A stretch of DNA of 58,988 nucleotides, filler included, from Porpidia crustulata (lineage: Eukaryota): the NCBI GenBank assembly GCA_964255105.1. It is 3 parts of 3 records of this genome, joined end to end, with 100 filler letters (N's around TTAATTAATTAA, not from the genome) between each part and the next. Parts side by side here need not be neighbours in the genome. Positions count along the whole stretch, not along the records: positions 1 to 19,603 come from CAXUWE010000136.1; 2 more parts are not named here. One strand, given 5' to 3'. Shown piece by piece: positions 1-11,777 of this stretch. How positions within the stretch are numbered: the stretch's first letter is position 1; each line of letters begins with the position of its first letter. Under the pieces are notes generated by a model. It saw only the letters and a list, made by a program, of their open reading frames with translations, was not told the DNA's origin and did no database searches. A program made the position numbers and the translations under genes.

Positions 1-720
1 GTGTATGTACGAGGGTTGTATTGTGTGGGGAGATGGGAATCGTTCTCATAGCTCTTAGCCAACTTCCTCTTGAGTTTAGAGGATACAGCATTGTCATCGA
101 TGATGTGAGACATCAAAGCCGGGACATGGAAATCCTCTTCGCTTTCAAATGCACAAGCTCCTTGGCCGACAGCCCGCGAACCGACTGATTGACGTTTGAC
201 GATATCTAGCTTTCTGGTTCATCTACCTGCCACTAATACTATAATGGCCGACTTCTCTTCCACAACAATTCCGTCGCACACAAACTCACAAGGCTCGTTC
301 GAGAGAAGGTAGCGAGTATATATTAAGAGGCCATTTGCCCGGATCCGTGTCTAATTGCATTTACACCATACGTTTTCCATATACATCCACCTTGGGTCAT
401 ACATACGAGTAGTCATCAATGCGTATAATCAATGCTTTGTCCTGTCATGGCTCATGTTCCGCCCAACTGCTTGCTCAGCCCGAAGCCTTCTAACATTTGC
501 CTCGGAATGTCGAGATGAGTCAGTGATGTTCTTGCGTTGTAATTAACACCTCACAAGCTTGCAATCATTGCAAACCTGTATTTGTTTTGGGGCGCAGGCG
601 AGACTTGTGATCCAGTAGAGGTGATCGAGTTGAACTATTCGCGGGTCCTCGAGCGCACTGACGGGGATCGGTAGGCTGCAATTTTGGACGTCCCAAGCTC
701 CACAATTGGCATTCAGCCAG

Positions 721-3573
721 CTACTCGTGATTCTGCATTATTCCTTGTATGCACGGTCTTTGCAGTACCCTGCCATGGTAGGCCATCAGCTCGGGATAAC
801 TCTCCCTGCTGAACTCTTCCCATCCATTCGCAATCTCGTGGAGTACTGGCCAAAAAGCGCAATCGATCAAGGTCCATATGTCCCCAGATATGTAATCTCC
901 TTCGGTGACGTATTGCTCCCACATGTTCATGTCTCTTTGGAACTCCTTAAGTGGTGAAGTATATGATGTCCCAGGCCTTTCGGGACTGAGGCGGCCTCGA
1001 AGGAACTGAGGTTCGCCGGTGCGAAGGGTGTCCTGGAAATTACGCCAGAGGAAAAGTAGGTCGTTAGATTGGGTTACACGGCTATACATGCGAGCACTGG
1101 TCCTATGAAGATCTCTGGAGGATACACCTGAAGGTACAGGAAACGGATAGAACTTCTCGAGATAGAAAAGGATTGCAAGGTCACCCTCAACCTCAGAAGC
1201 ATCTTCGTCAACGTCTTTGAACACAGGATTTTGAGTGTTGCTTAGACTGTGTGTCGAAGGGTTTGACTTATATCTTTGATGCCGAGCTTTTGTAGGTTGG
1301 GAAGGACTCCTCTGCGCCAGCTTGTACGGGACACCCTTTTCTCGCAATGACAACTCGATGCGTAAGTTGGCGATCCCGTCATTGCAAAGAAATAATTGGG
1401 TCCTGTCTGGGATAAGGTTGACGACGTCAAATCCTTGGCCGTACTCCGCATCCCAATCAAAGTCAGATTCGTGATTTTCCTTGCCAAATGCGATAATCAT
1501 AGCTTCGATTTCAGCGTTTTCACCCTTTCGAATCCGATGAGCGGTAGCTCTAGTCTTCCCAGAAGCTCCTTGACCCCAAATTGTCTCTTCGACTTCATTC
1601 ATAAAGGTACCGATTTGTCTAAAGGTGATCGAAATTCGCGCGCCTCCAAATGCTTTCTCTTCAGCTGCCAGTTGCTCAGCAGGGCGTTTGTCGGCACGAA
1701 CGCCATGAAGCCATTGCATATTGGTTTTAGGACCAAGAACAAATACAGAATTATGCGGCATTGTAACCCGCTGTGTCTGCCTCGAAACTTTCGACTTTTC
1801 GGCAGCACGTTCATCTTTGGGTTTTTTGGTTCGCAAGGTCATGACGCGTTGTGCTCCTAGGCTGACATTAACTATACTAGAGCCGCGGACGATATCGAGA
1901 GTCTGCAATTGCTCAATTAGTGGCACGATCGTATCAACAGCCAAAAATATCAACGTACCTTATCAGAATGTTCAGAAATGTTGTCAATGCCATCTCGATA
2001 TAGCTGGATCAGAGCGTGGTTGAAAGGCTGGTGCAGAATCTTCTCGATCTGTTCCTTGATTTCTTCGACCACTGGAATGAAGGGTAGCAAAGCTGGCGAT
2101 TCATCGGTTGGATGGCGGTAAATCGGTACACTACTAGCCTCGTCAATTGCCCCTTGCACAGCAACGAGCCGTGGGACCTTCCCACTTCGATGATGCATGG
2201 TTTCCCAACCCACTTCCTCCTTCAAGAGCTCAAACGCATTATGAACGGTTGACGAGCTCAAAACATCATGGATAATTCGCGAGTCTCCAGCACCAATGGT
2301 GTCCTTTGGTCCTAATCTATGCGTGCTGGTGGACTTCTTTACCCTTGGCATATGTTGCGCTTTCACGTCACGCTCTACATTGGCTTTGGCGACTGTTTGT
2401 ATGGCAGTATCCTTAGCAGACAAAGGTGGTGTCCTTACCTTTGTGGGTCCTACTGCGGATGAGGTGGCTTCCACAAGACTGGGGCCCTGGGCTTGGGTCT
2501 TTGTCATCGTATTTGGCATATTTCCTGATTCTGCTTCGATACTCGTTTTAGCCTCTGTAGAAGGGTAAAAGGACCAACGCCATTCGAAGTTAATTCTGAA
2601 CCATTTTCATACCTAATGACAGAGCCTGCATATCAATCCCCGCAGGTCCGGGGCCAGTGAACAAGGGGAACTGCGTATCGGGCAGTACCCTCCCCCCAGC
2701 CTCTTCGATGATTTCTTCGCTGTCAACGCCATCGACCCCCATAATATCGGCCATCTGTCGCATAGCATCCTCGTGCTTGTCCTCACTTCTGTATCCAAGA
2801 CAGTCCTCGATCACAGTGACGCCAAGGCCATGTTGAACAGCGTCAGCGGCAGTTGCGTACACACTAACATTAGTGAGACAGCCGCAGAGATAGACGTCAG
2901 TGACTAGCTTCATTCGCAACGACATCAATAGTGACGTGTCTTCAAAGGCAGAATAATGGTGCTTGACTAGCATTGAGTCCTTGGTCATATCCATCACTGG
3001 GAGCAAGCGATCAGCAATTCGGGCACCACGAGTACCTGGTATCATGAACCTCGGCTGTTTTCCTTTTCTGGGCTTGGTCATTTGCTCCTCCATTATGTTG
3101 TCCCTATCATTAAAGACATCCATGTTCGCTGTTCGCTGTTCGGCGCGGTCTTCAGCAGAGGCTCGCATCATCATTTCCTTAGCACGGCTAGTGGGATGAT
3201 AGAGAGGAATATCTTCGTGTGGATCACCAGAGGCGTTCACCTGAGTGTCATCTTCTAGCTGCTCCTCCTCGAGTTTCCGATCCTTGCGGTTCTTCTCATC
3301 CATCTTTGCGATTTCTCGTTCGACTTGCGAGAGATCTTTGGCAGCAACCGGAGATTTATCAACAAACTCGGTGCGAACCCAGACCACATTTCCAAGTTTG
3401 CGAAAATATGGCACGACATCCCTGATGCGGTTCGCCCAGTCTTGAGACTTTGTAACATAAGTATCGTTATCGCAGTGAAGGGAATCATTTTGCGCATTAA
3501 TTATAATCAAAGCTCTCTTGGTTGCGAATTGCGGAAGATCCAGACCAGGTGCTTGACTGAGAGAAGAAAACAT
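721..3573 (-). CDS. Isochorismatase-like + AlkB-like 2OG-Fe(II) dioxygenase + GST-like multidomain protein (3 exons)
   Basis: Exons 3573-2613, 2554-1959 and 1902-721 are joined in frame by GT-AG introns 2555-2612 and 1903-1958. The N-terminus has cysteine-hydrolase-fold motifs (ALIIINAQND, KHHYSAF, CGCLTNVSVYATAADA). The middle has AlkB motifs (FNHALIQLYRDG, HSDKTLD across the splice, LHGV, RISITFR). The C-terminus is GST-like (EGDLAILFYLEK; YISGDIWTLIDCAFWP). Confidence 0.88.
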
Positions 3574-5033
3574 GGTGATTAATACATCCGGCAAACTTGG
3601 GAAACATGAGATATTTAAGTCATGTCGGGGACTGCACAATTGGGGGGTTTTAGGATGATAAAGCTGAGGTTAGGACACCGTTCAGACCAGACAGCCGGCG
3701 GATTCTCCTCATACATGAGATGTGGTGGTCTTGCAGCGTGGCTAGCACCTGGGTCCTATTTATTGCATTATGCAATGCTCGATTATATTGCAAGGCTTGG
3801 AGTGACTATGAAAGGACTAGGAGGGCTTTGCTGAGTAGCAACGCAGCGGCAAAGAGGATATGGTCACCCGGTGCCTCCGACCTTTGGCCATTGATGTTGA
3901 AGTTTGCAAGGTTGACCATCCAACTGCAAGAGTTTCTTTTGTGATTTGTGGGCACACTAGACTGACTTTCGAGATCCACAACAGTTGGGGTATAACGAGA
4001 GAAGGCGGAGATATTGGAGAAAGTATCATGGGCAAGGTAGGTAAGATATTGTTATTGTAACCTAGGCGAAATAGTTCACGATTGGCAAGTGGGCCGGCTA
4101 GGAAGGTAGGAAGGTTGACGGGTAGGTCGGTAAGTGGGCAGGTAGGCTCAACATGTTGACAGCCTACAGGTAAGCTAAGCTGGTATGCTCTTGGTAAGTA
4201 AGTACCTACCTATGCAAAGCGTCAAAGTGGGTAGACGAACGGTGTGTGTTGGATGATTAGTAGTAGTCGTAGTAGTGGGATGTGCGTATGTATGCTGGGC
4301 GACGGATTGGACGGGGAAACCACGGCAATCCCCACCCACCAGTCACGTAAGCCGTCTAGTCAAAAGCTGTTGGTGTCCTACTGTCTCTCTACTAGAGCCT
4401 ACTCTGCTACTCTCCGCCGTGCATAATAAGTATGCATCGAGGATGCTAACCATCTATTGCATGCAGATACAGGGTGACAGGCCGCATTAATCGCACATCA
4501 TGTGCATACCAACGCTTTTTCGACGGCGCCAAACATGGTCTTCTGCTTGGTCCTCGGCCTTTGCAGTGGCCATGCCCAACCAACTTTTTCACATCCTATC
4601 TCAACATGAAGGTAGGTACTGTTGCAACCCGTGAGACATTCTGAGGAATTGCGTCGCAGGTGCGACGTGTCGACAATTCTACCTGAAGGCTACCCTTCTG
4701 AATGTACGCTTCGTATTTGCATCTCCTTGATGGATAATCTCCAGCATTGCTCATGATCGCAAGTACCCAATGCTGGAGACAAACAAGGCACCAAAGACCA
4801 CTGTAAAGGTGGGAGTGGACGCTGCAACGTGGCCGGAGTTCGTCATCCTGCCTTGCTGCACCCTATCTCAATTCTGAAAGATTCCCGAAGCCACAGGCAA
4901 GGCGTTCCACACAGAACCCTCGCACGCTGCTAGGAAGCGCACCTTGTTGGCCGAGAGACCAGTCTGCTGCCGAGGCCCTGCGCTTCAATCACGCAGACGG
5001 CTTACATGATTATGCACCATCGCGGCAAACGCT

Positions 5034-6507
5034 TCACTTGTTGAAAAACCTCGTGATTCTTTGGCTGCCATCAACCGATTTGACAGGGCTCCCTTTCGTC
5101 CCGTTGCTCGTAGCGCTCCTCGTCTCTCGAGCACCTCGCCTGCTCTCGGACGACCCCGTACTTTCTTTTTGCGCTTCTGACCAAATGTCTCTCGTATCTG
5201 CTGACCGTGCTTGCGAATGCGAAGATGGATGCGCTGTCTTTGCAGTCTTTGTTCCAGGTATGGTATCCTCGTCCAAATCTAGACCGTGTTTCTTCGATGA
5301 CGCAGGCGAAGCGTATGGTAGCGGAGCATTGTCCTCGTTGCTGCTTTGTTCTGTCGTAGCACGTTGCTCACCTTCGACATTTTCTATAGCATTGCTCCGT
5401 TTTTCAGCATTCTCCTGCTGATCCGAGATCGCTTTCTTTTCTATATCTCCCTTGGCCGATTTCTTAGTGTTGGCGAAGAAGTTGGCAATATTGCTTTTAT
5501 TCTCGGTACTTGCGACTGGCACGATGAAGGATGGGGAATTGTTACCAACCTTGCCAACATCTTTGCTGACGGGATAGCATTCCAATTCACCTTGAAAAGG
5601 CTTTAAGATTCCTTGCAGCTCCTGTGACCATTGGGAGCGTTTTGGGTCAAGCCATGTTCGAATTTGGTCTGAGCCGTTCTCTAAGATTACTGGCATCCGA
5701 TCGTGTAAGAACGAAAGCTGTTTGTTGGAGTCGGTTGTAATGATGGTGTATGTGTAGTTTTTCTCTTCAGAGCCTTTACATGGTAGTCAGTCAGGCATCC
5801 AACAGTTCCTATTTTTCCTTCAAACTGACCTTCATATTGGACACAATCCCATAAGCCAGCAAAACACATAAGTTGGCCGTCTTTCCTTTTAATAAAGTGA
5901 GGGATCTTTTCCCTGCCCCCATTCTTCTTCAGCCATTCATAGAAGCCTTGAGCAACTATAATACATCTTTTGGATTTCTTCATAGTGTTCCACATGCCCC
6001 GATTCTCCATAAGAGAGTCGTCACGAGCGTTTATCGTCTTCATGACGCTGCCGTAGTCTGGATTGCGCTTCGTCCAGAAAGGTACCAAGCCTACTCCCTA
6101 TTGTCAGCCTCTCTGGTCTTAGGAAACAAATTCAAGTCGAAATGCACACGCACCCCACTTCATAGCCTGTAGCTTGTATCTTGTCTCAACAGAGCCCTCA
6201 AACCGCTGAGGGAGAGGGTTGTCGGTCAACCTCTCGCTGCCGTCTTCTCCATCCTTGTCGTCGGTGGCGCTGAGCTGGCTACCACCAGTCCCGTGGTTTG
6301 ATACATCAGCTCGGTAGACGAGACCATGATAACCAGGTGCGAAATTGTAGGTCTGCCGTACATCATCGTCCTCCGGTGCGTCTGCAACGGGCATATCATT
6401 ATCCTCGAGCTGATGCCGCACGAAAGAAGCGCGCTATGAACAGGTCAGCGTGAAGCATGGTTCTATGATCAATTACTTACAATCCCTAAAGCATACCTTC
6501 CACACAT
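5034..6507 (-). CDS. SRAP/HMCES (DUF159) abasic-site processing protein (4 exons)
   Basis: Starts MCGRYAL (catalytic Cys2). Exons 6507-6481, 6433-6154, 6090-5830 and 5773-5034. Motifs YNFAP, MKWGLVPFW, INAR, RCIIVAQGFYEW, FAGLWD, TYTIITT and LHDRMPVIL, followed by a disordered tail ending QRITRFFNK. Confidence 0.95.
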
Positions 6508-6730
6508 TTTGCCCACTGACTCCCTCGAACATATAGAAATTCTGTTGGTAGAGGGCTGAATCGCCAATTAGACATCATCAAGCGTTGCGGCTAGGCCGCT
6601 TTGGGATTTGTCTATCAGTCGACCAAAAAGTACCGACACAGCTATATGTCTCTGGCAATTTACATACACATCATTGCCTTTCGAGAGCCTTAGATACCAG
6701 ACGAAGTTCGTTTTCTTTTCGCATGCCACC
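6508..6730. promoter_or_regulatory. Short bidirectional promoter between SRAP and the TPR gene
   Basis: Only about 220 bp separate the divergent ATGs at 6507 (-) and 6731 (+). Confidence 0.5.
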
Positions 6731-8111
6731 ATGAACCTCTCCCCTGCATGCGCAACGTTGACTAGGGCTTGCCCTCGAGTACTCCGCAAAAGCGTCGTCC
6801 GCTCGCAAATCACCCGCAACCTCATAACGAGTAGTCACGTCCCTCCAGCTCGGAACACTAGAGCTTTTCAGCCTTTGAAAGTGTCTTCGCCTCAGAAAAG
6901 ACATGCCAGCTTCCCTGCAGCAGCCAAGAAGCTTTTCAATGAGTACCCTTTCTCCGTAACCTTAGCCACAATATTGTAACCTCAACCCCCCCTCTCCCCG
7001 CTTAAACCGGACTAAACCCCTCAGAATCTTCTGCGGTACCGGTACTCTCGTGTATTCCAACTACATCTACACCAACTACATCCTAGGTGCCTTCAAAGCC
7101 TACCCAGAGCCCGTTGCTGCCAAGTTACGCCGCGCCCTCTACTACACGAACGTCGACCTCCAGCCGAAAAACGCGCTCAAATATTACCAGCAAGCAGTCC
7201 TAGTCGCCAATGAAGTGGGCATGGATCCCTTCAGCGACGAGGTGCTGGGCATTAAGATACAAGTAGCGTTCGTACTGGAGAGAATCGAGCAGTACGGGAA
7301 GGCCATTGAGATTCTAGAAATTGTGCGCCGGGACAACCTGAAGTGGATTGAGCTATATGGGGAAAAGGAAGGGAATGAAGTGAAGAGGACAAGGCTGCTG
7401 CAGAAGTCGATCGGGGCGAGCGTGAAGCTGGGAGAGCTGTACTCGAGCGACCATATCCAGAATACTGCGGAAGCGGAAAAGCAACTGGTGTGGGCAGTGA
7501 CAACGGTATTGAAAGAGAGGCAACGGCGGGAGGAGGAGGGCGTAAAAGAAGGCGAGGGAGACTGGATGAGCAACGACGAAATCGGGGGCGCGCTTGAATG
7601 TAAGTAGCGCTTCTCCTCCCATCGCTCTCAAAGCAGCGGCCCTGATGACTTGCTGAATCTCGTAGCACTCGGAAACCACTACGAATCCGTCAACCAGCAC
7701 TACCTCGCCACTCCCCTCTTCCTCCAAGCCCTTGCCCTCTCCTCCCCGTCCTCCTGCCATACCGTCGTCCTCATGAACAACCTCTCCATCTCCCTCGCCC
7801 AACAAGTATCACCCTCCGAACCCTCCTCGCCTCCCGCCTCCCGTATCGAGCTCATCCAAAACGCGCGCACGTGGGCGGAGAAAGCCATTGCCCTTGCGGC
7901 GTCGATCGCGCCACCGAACAGGGACAAGGAGTGCGACCAGGGGTGCACGGTGGCAACGATTAACCTAGGGGAGTTTGCGGAGATGGAAGGATTGGTGGTG
8001 GAGGCTAAGAGGAGGTTTATGGAGGGGAAGGGGTTGAGTCAGGGAATTGGGTTTCGGGAGGGAGGAGTGAAGGCCGAGAAGGGGCTGAGGAGGTTAGACG
8101 GGAAGAGATAG
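6731..8111 (+). CDS. Probable mitochondrial TPR-repeat membrane protein (Mgr3-like)
   Basis: Exons 6731-6975, 7025-7599 and 7665-8111 splice in frame. Arg/Ser-rich presequence-like N-terminus, a TM segment (FSVTLATILIFCGTGTLVYSNY), YPEPVAAKLRRALYY and helical TPR-like repeats. Confidence 0.75.
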
Positions 8112-8335
8112 GGAAGCGTTTCAGGATGTCTGCATTGGTGGGAGTATGGTGCAGAGTAATATATGGGACGGGATAGGGCACATGGGAAGCAACGCAACAC
8201 TTTATCTGTTTTGTTCTATTGCGCGATAGTCCGGTTTGTCTTCAGGCTGCCTTCATCGGCCAGTCGTCGCGTAAAAGCCGACGCCCGCCTCGCACATGAC
8301 CCGCGTCACAAGCCGGACACCAGAATCCACTCCAC

Positions 8336-9589
8336 CTACTGCCTCGACATGACCCCCCACGCCCTGATCAGGTTATCCGTGTACCCAGCAAACAGCGTCT
8401 GGCCGTCGGCGCTCCACGCCAAACTGACGCACTCGGGCTCGCGGCTCTTCTTGCCCACGGCGGTGTAATCTGGCTTCAGCTCGTCAACCTTGCTCTTCTT
8501 CTCAAGGTCGAAGATGATGATGCTGGAGGAGGTGGCAGCGCAGAGCCAGTAGCGGTTGGGGGAGAAGACGAGGGCGTGAATTTCGTCGCCGGCGCTGAGG
8601 GAGTACAGGTGTTTGGACTCGTTAAGGTCCCAGAGCATGGTGGTGCCATCCTTACCGCCGGAGGCGCAAAGGGAGCCATCGGGGGAGATGGTGACGGTGT
8701 TGATGTAGCCTGTGTGGCCGATGTGGTCGGTTTGGATGCGGCAGGAGGCGAGTTCCCAGACCTATAATATTTAGGTTGTCAGCTTCAGTCGTCGGAAGTC
8801 TAGCTTGTTCTTTCCGATAGATGTGTTTCATGGGTATCATCAGTGCATTGGTGATTGGGTTGTCTCACGGCCCGGAGGCTCTGAAGTAGCAAATACTAGT
8901 AGATTGCAAAGCATCCTGTGACCTGTTCCAGATATACGCCAAGGACATCGTACACGTACCTTTACAAGTTTATCCCACCCAGCGCTAACAATGACCGGGT
9001 TTTGAGGATTCGGGCTGAAGCGTACGCACGACACCCATTCGGTATGTCCCTTTTCGGTGATGGTGAACTTGCAGTCTCCCAGGGTGTTCCATAGCTTGAT
9101 TGTCCGGTCACGCGATCCAGAGACAATTTGGCGATTGTCGGCGGAGAAGGAAACGGAAAGAACATCGTTGGTGTGGCCTACGAAGCGACGAGTGGTAACA
9201 CCGGTTGCGAGCTCCCAGAGGCGGAGGGTCTTATCCCAGGATGCGGAAAGCGCATAAGCACCGTCAGACGAGATGACCTGAGATGTTTTGTCAATTATAT
9301 CCCAAGAAGCGATAGAGGCACAATCATACGCAGTCAGAAACGATATGAGAATGGCCGTGTAGACTTCGTTTGGGGTAGCCATAGCTTTGGTCGTCACGGG
9401 TGAGATTCCAGATAATAAGACTCTTATCGCGACTACCAGAGAGAAGCATGTTTGGGCTGCAAAATGATCAGTTTCAATGTCTTCCAATGCGCTCCCACCT
9501 GCCACTGACTTTTCCAGAGATGTTGCCAAGCTGGTCACCCATCCACTGTGGCCCTCGAGGGTACCACGCATCACCAATTGCTCCGCCAT
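8336..9589 (-). CDS. CPC2: RACK1 / Asc1 / Cpc-2, G-beta-like WD40 40S ribosomal protein (4 exons)
   Basis: Exons 9589-9510, 9456-9330, 9277-8960 and 8761-8336. [24 protein letters not shown]...[13 protein letters not shown]...[11 protein letters not shown]...[16 protein letters not shown] is the canonical RACK1 sequence. Confidence 0.98.
8836..8922 (-). ncRNA. Intronic box C/D snoRNA, U24/snR24 homolog
   Basis: Lies in the long RACK1 intron (8762-8959; 198 nt versus about 52 nt for the other introns). Contains TATTTGCTACT-T-CAGA (guide + D' box, complementary to LSU rRNA AGUAGCAAAUA), a C'-like GTGAGA, ATCACCAA, D box CTGA (8843-8840) and a degenerate C box AGGATGC. The yeast ASC1 intron is known to host snR24. 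Confidence 0.85.
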
Positions 9590-11354
9590 ATTGGTAAGAA
9601 AGCTGAAGAAATCCGGAAGCTTCTTGAAAATGGGCGATCTGGATGCCTCGAGGTTTTGGTCGGTTCTTTGATGGGGATGAATACGTTCTGCACACGGTGG
9701 GTCAAGCTCAAGAGTCGCGTAAAGTTTGGCGTTGTGCCGCCCGAAAATCCTAAGGGGTCAAAATTAAGCGAGAATCTTGTTCCTTTGTTGGTGGTGCACT
9801 ATCACTGTGTCACTTTAGTATTGGATAGAAGCTGAGCTATTCTATTGTATATGCTACGATACCATAACTTCATAGCCAAAGATATAGAGAGCTTCGCTTG
9901 TAATTCTGTGAAAGCACATTTCTTGTTGTTATTTGACGGTTTCGATATATTGTACAGAAAGTATAAGTCCCGAAGAAATCGGCATACCAGAGCAAATCGA
10001 TGCAGCCTGACCTAGATATAGAAGTACATAGGGGGAATTTATTGATACAGATAGGGAGGAAATAATGAAAGACCCTTGAGCTTCAACGGGTCGTCAATCA
10101 ACTGAATACCAGCGTACATTAGAGCTTCAACGTCGTCGGGTAAGGTCTCAATTCATTTAAGGGACATACTGCAGCAGACGCGGCAGCTCGATATTGGGAA
10201 GAGGAGTGCATTTCAGTCAAGCAGAAATTGACAGAGTCTCCATGTTGAAACACAGCTTGTTCACGGCAACTCTGGAGTGCTGCTGGGATATAGGAGAACC
10301 TCACACCGGCCATGGTCAAAAAGCACACCATCTTGCTCTCCTCTCTTCAATCCATGCCCGGTACTTTTACTTTACCTCAATCAGTGATATGTACAATCCT
10401 AAGCTCTACCTCTTGAACCCTCTTTTCATGACATTTTCTCCCGATCTGCCTCCCTTGGCCAACCCATTCCCAACTCGCCCTACACCGTCCCTATGTTCTC
10501 TGCCCTCTTGTCCTCCAATCTTGCGTAAAACTCGTCACGTCTCCTTGTTGCAGGAATGTGATAGCCTATCTATTGTGAGATGTCTTGTCCCGCGGATATC
10601 AATGCTTTTGCGGCGGTTACACGCCAATTACGTACCATACCAGTAAAGATATCCAAATGTTGTTCCAAGCCCTGTGTGGAGTATGTTAGCGATGCGGACT
10701 TGTTTCGTGGCATAGAAGCTTGCTGATTCTGAAGGCGAGCGTATTTTTGCTGGGGCGATTCTGCTGGTAGCGACAGAGGTTTCAAGATGGGCACGTACCG
10801 AAAGCCACACTGAGATCTAGCACAAGCCCTCTCCGGAGCATCTAGACAGTCGGTGTTAGCTTCACCTAAATTACGTTGACTGAATCAATGGAAGTCAAGC
10901 TTGCGCCAAACACGTCGGACAAGCCGTTGCTGTTTACGGGAGAAATGTCATAGGGATTCTTACACCTTGAATAGGTTTGACAGGCATCGGATAACAGTTC
11001 CAGTGTTTTTGGAAAGGTGTGATGAGGTACCCACGCCCTGGATGAAGCTCGTTATATGAATTGCTTATGGCTCTAAGAGGTGTTCGGGATAGGTAAAGTC
11101 GAGAAGGTGTATGGATTAGATACTAGCGCGGCTCTCAATACAAGCTCCGGCTCGGGCAGCTTCTACACAGGTGAAACCGAGAAACGTTTAAAAGCCCATT
11201 CATTGCCTACGAAGGCGCTCCACAATCCCCGTAGGCCAGTCTCTGTCTTTCGGTACCGCATCTCATTCATGCCTCGGACATTTCCCCGTCGCTAGCAGCG
11301 CCTGCCATCCCACCCTCGCCTACGACCTACAACAATTCCTCGTGCGCCGCAGCA

Positions 11355-11777
11355 ATGTCCATGAGCGACTCCCAAGACTCCCAATCCTATGTGCATCCCG
11401 CCTCACCGACCACGACAAGCTCGCCCGATGGAATCGATTCCCTCCCATCATCCCCTACGAGCTCCAACATCGACGATGAAGAGGAATCGGACGCCGAGAG
11501 GGAGTGGAAGGAGAGCCTGCAGCAGTTGGAGCTGCTGCTGACGATGGTGGTGGTACCGTACGTGGGGAAGTATTTTGGGAGGAAGTGTGCTTATTGGGGT
11601 AAGTGGGAGATTTTGGTTTGGGACAATTCGAGTTCGGATGGGGATACGAGGGGCTGATCCATGGGGGATTTAGGATGGGCCAAGTTTATGCAGTGGAAAT
11701 ATCCGGTCGAAGTGGTTATTACGAGTAACAAGACGTTCAAGGCTGCCGGAGCTATCGAGGCGGCTGCAACATTGTAG
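11355..11777 (+). CDS. MIM2: Mitochondrial outer-membrane import protein Mim2-like (2 exons)
   Basis: Intron 11599-11673 (GTAAGT...GCTGAT...TAG). Acidic/Ser-rich N-terminus, then DAEREWKESLQQLELLLTMVVVPYVGKYFGRKCAYWGWAKFMQW, the Mim2-type signature. Confidence 0.75.

Noticed and set aside
1..220. Minus-strand frame open to the window edge
   Set aside because: About 70 codons, no recognisable motif, and no clear start or splice structure.
9700..9830. Ribosomal-protein promoter motifs (Homol-D/E) upstream of RACK1
   Set aside because: Only partial matches (GTGTCACT); not supportable.
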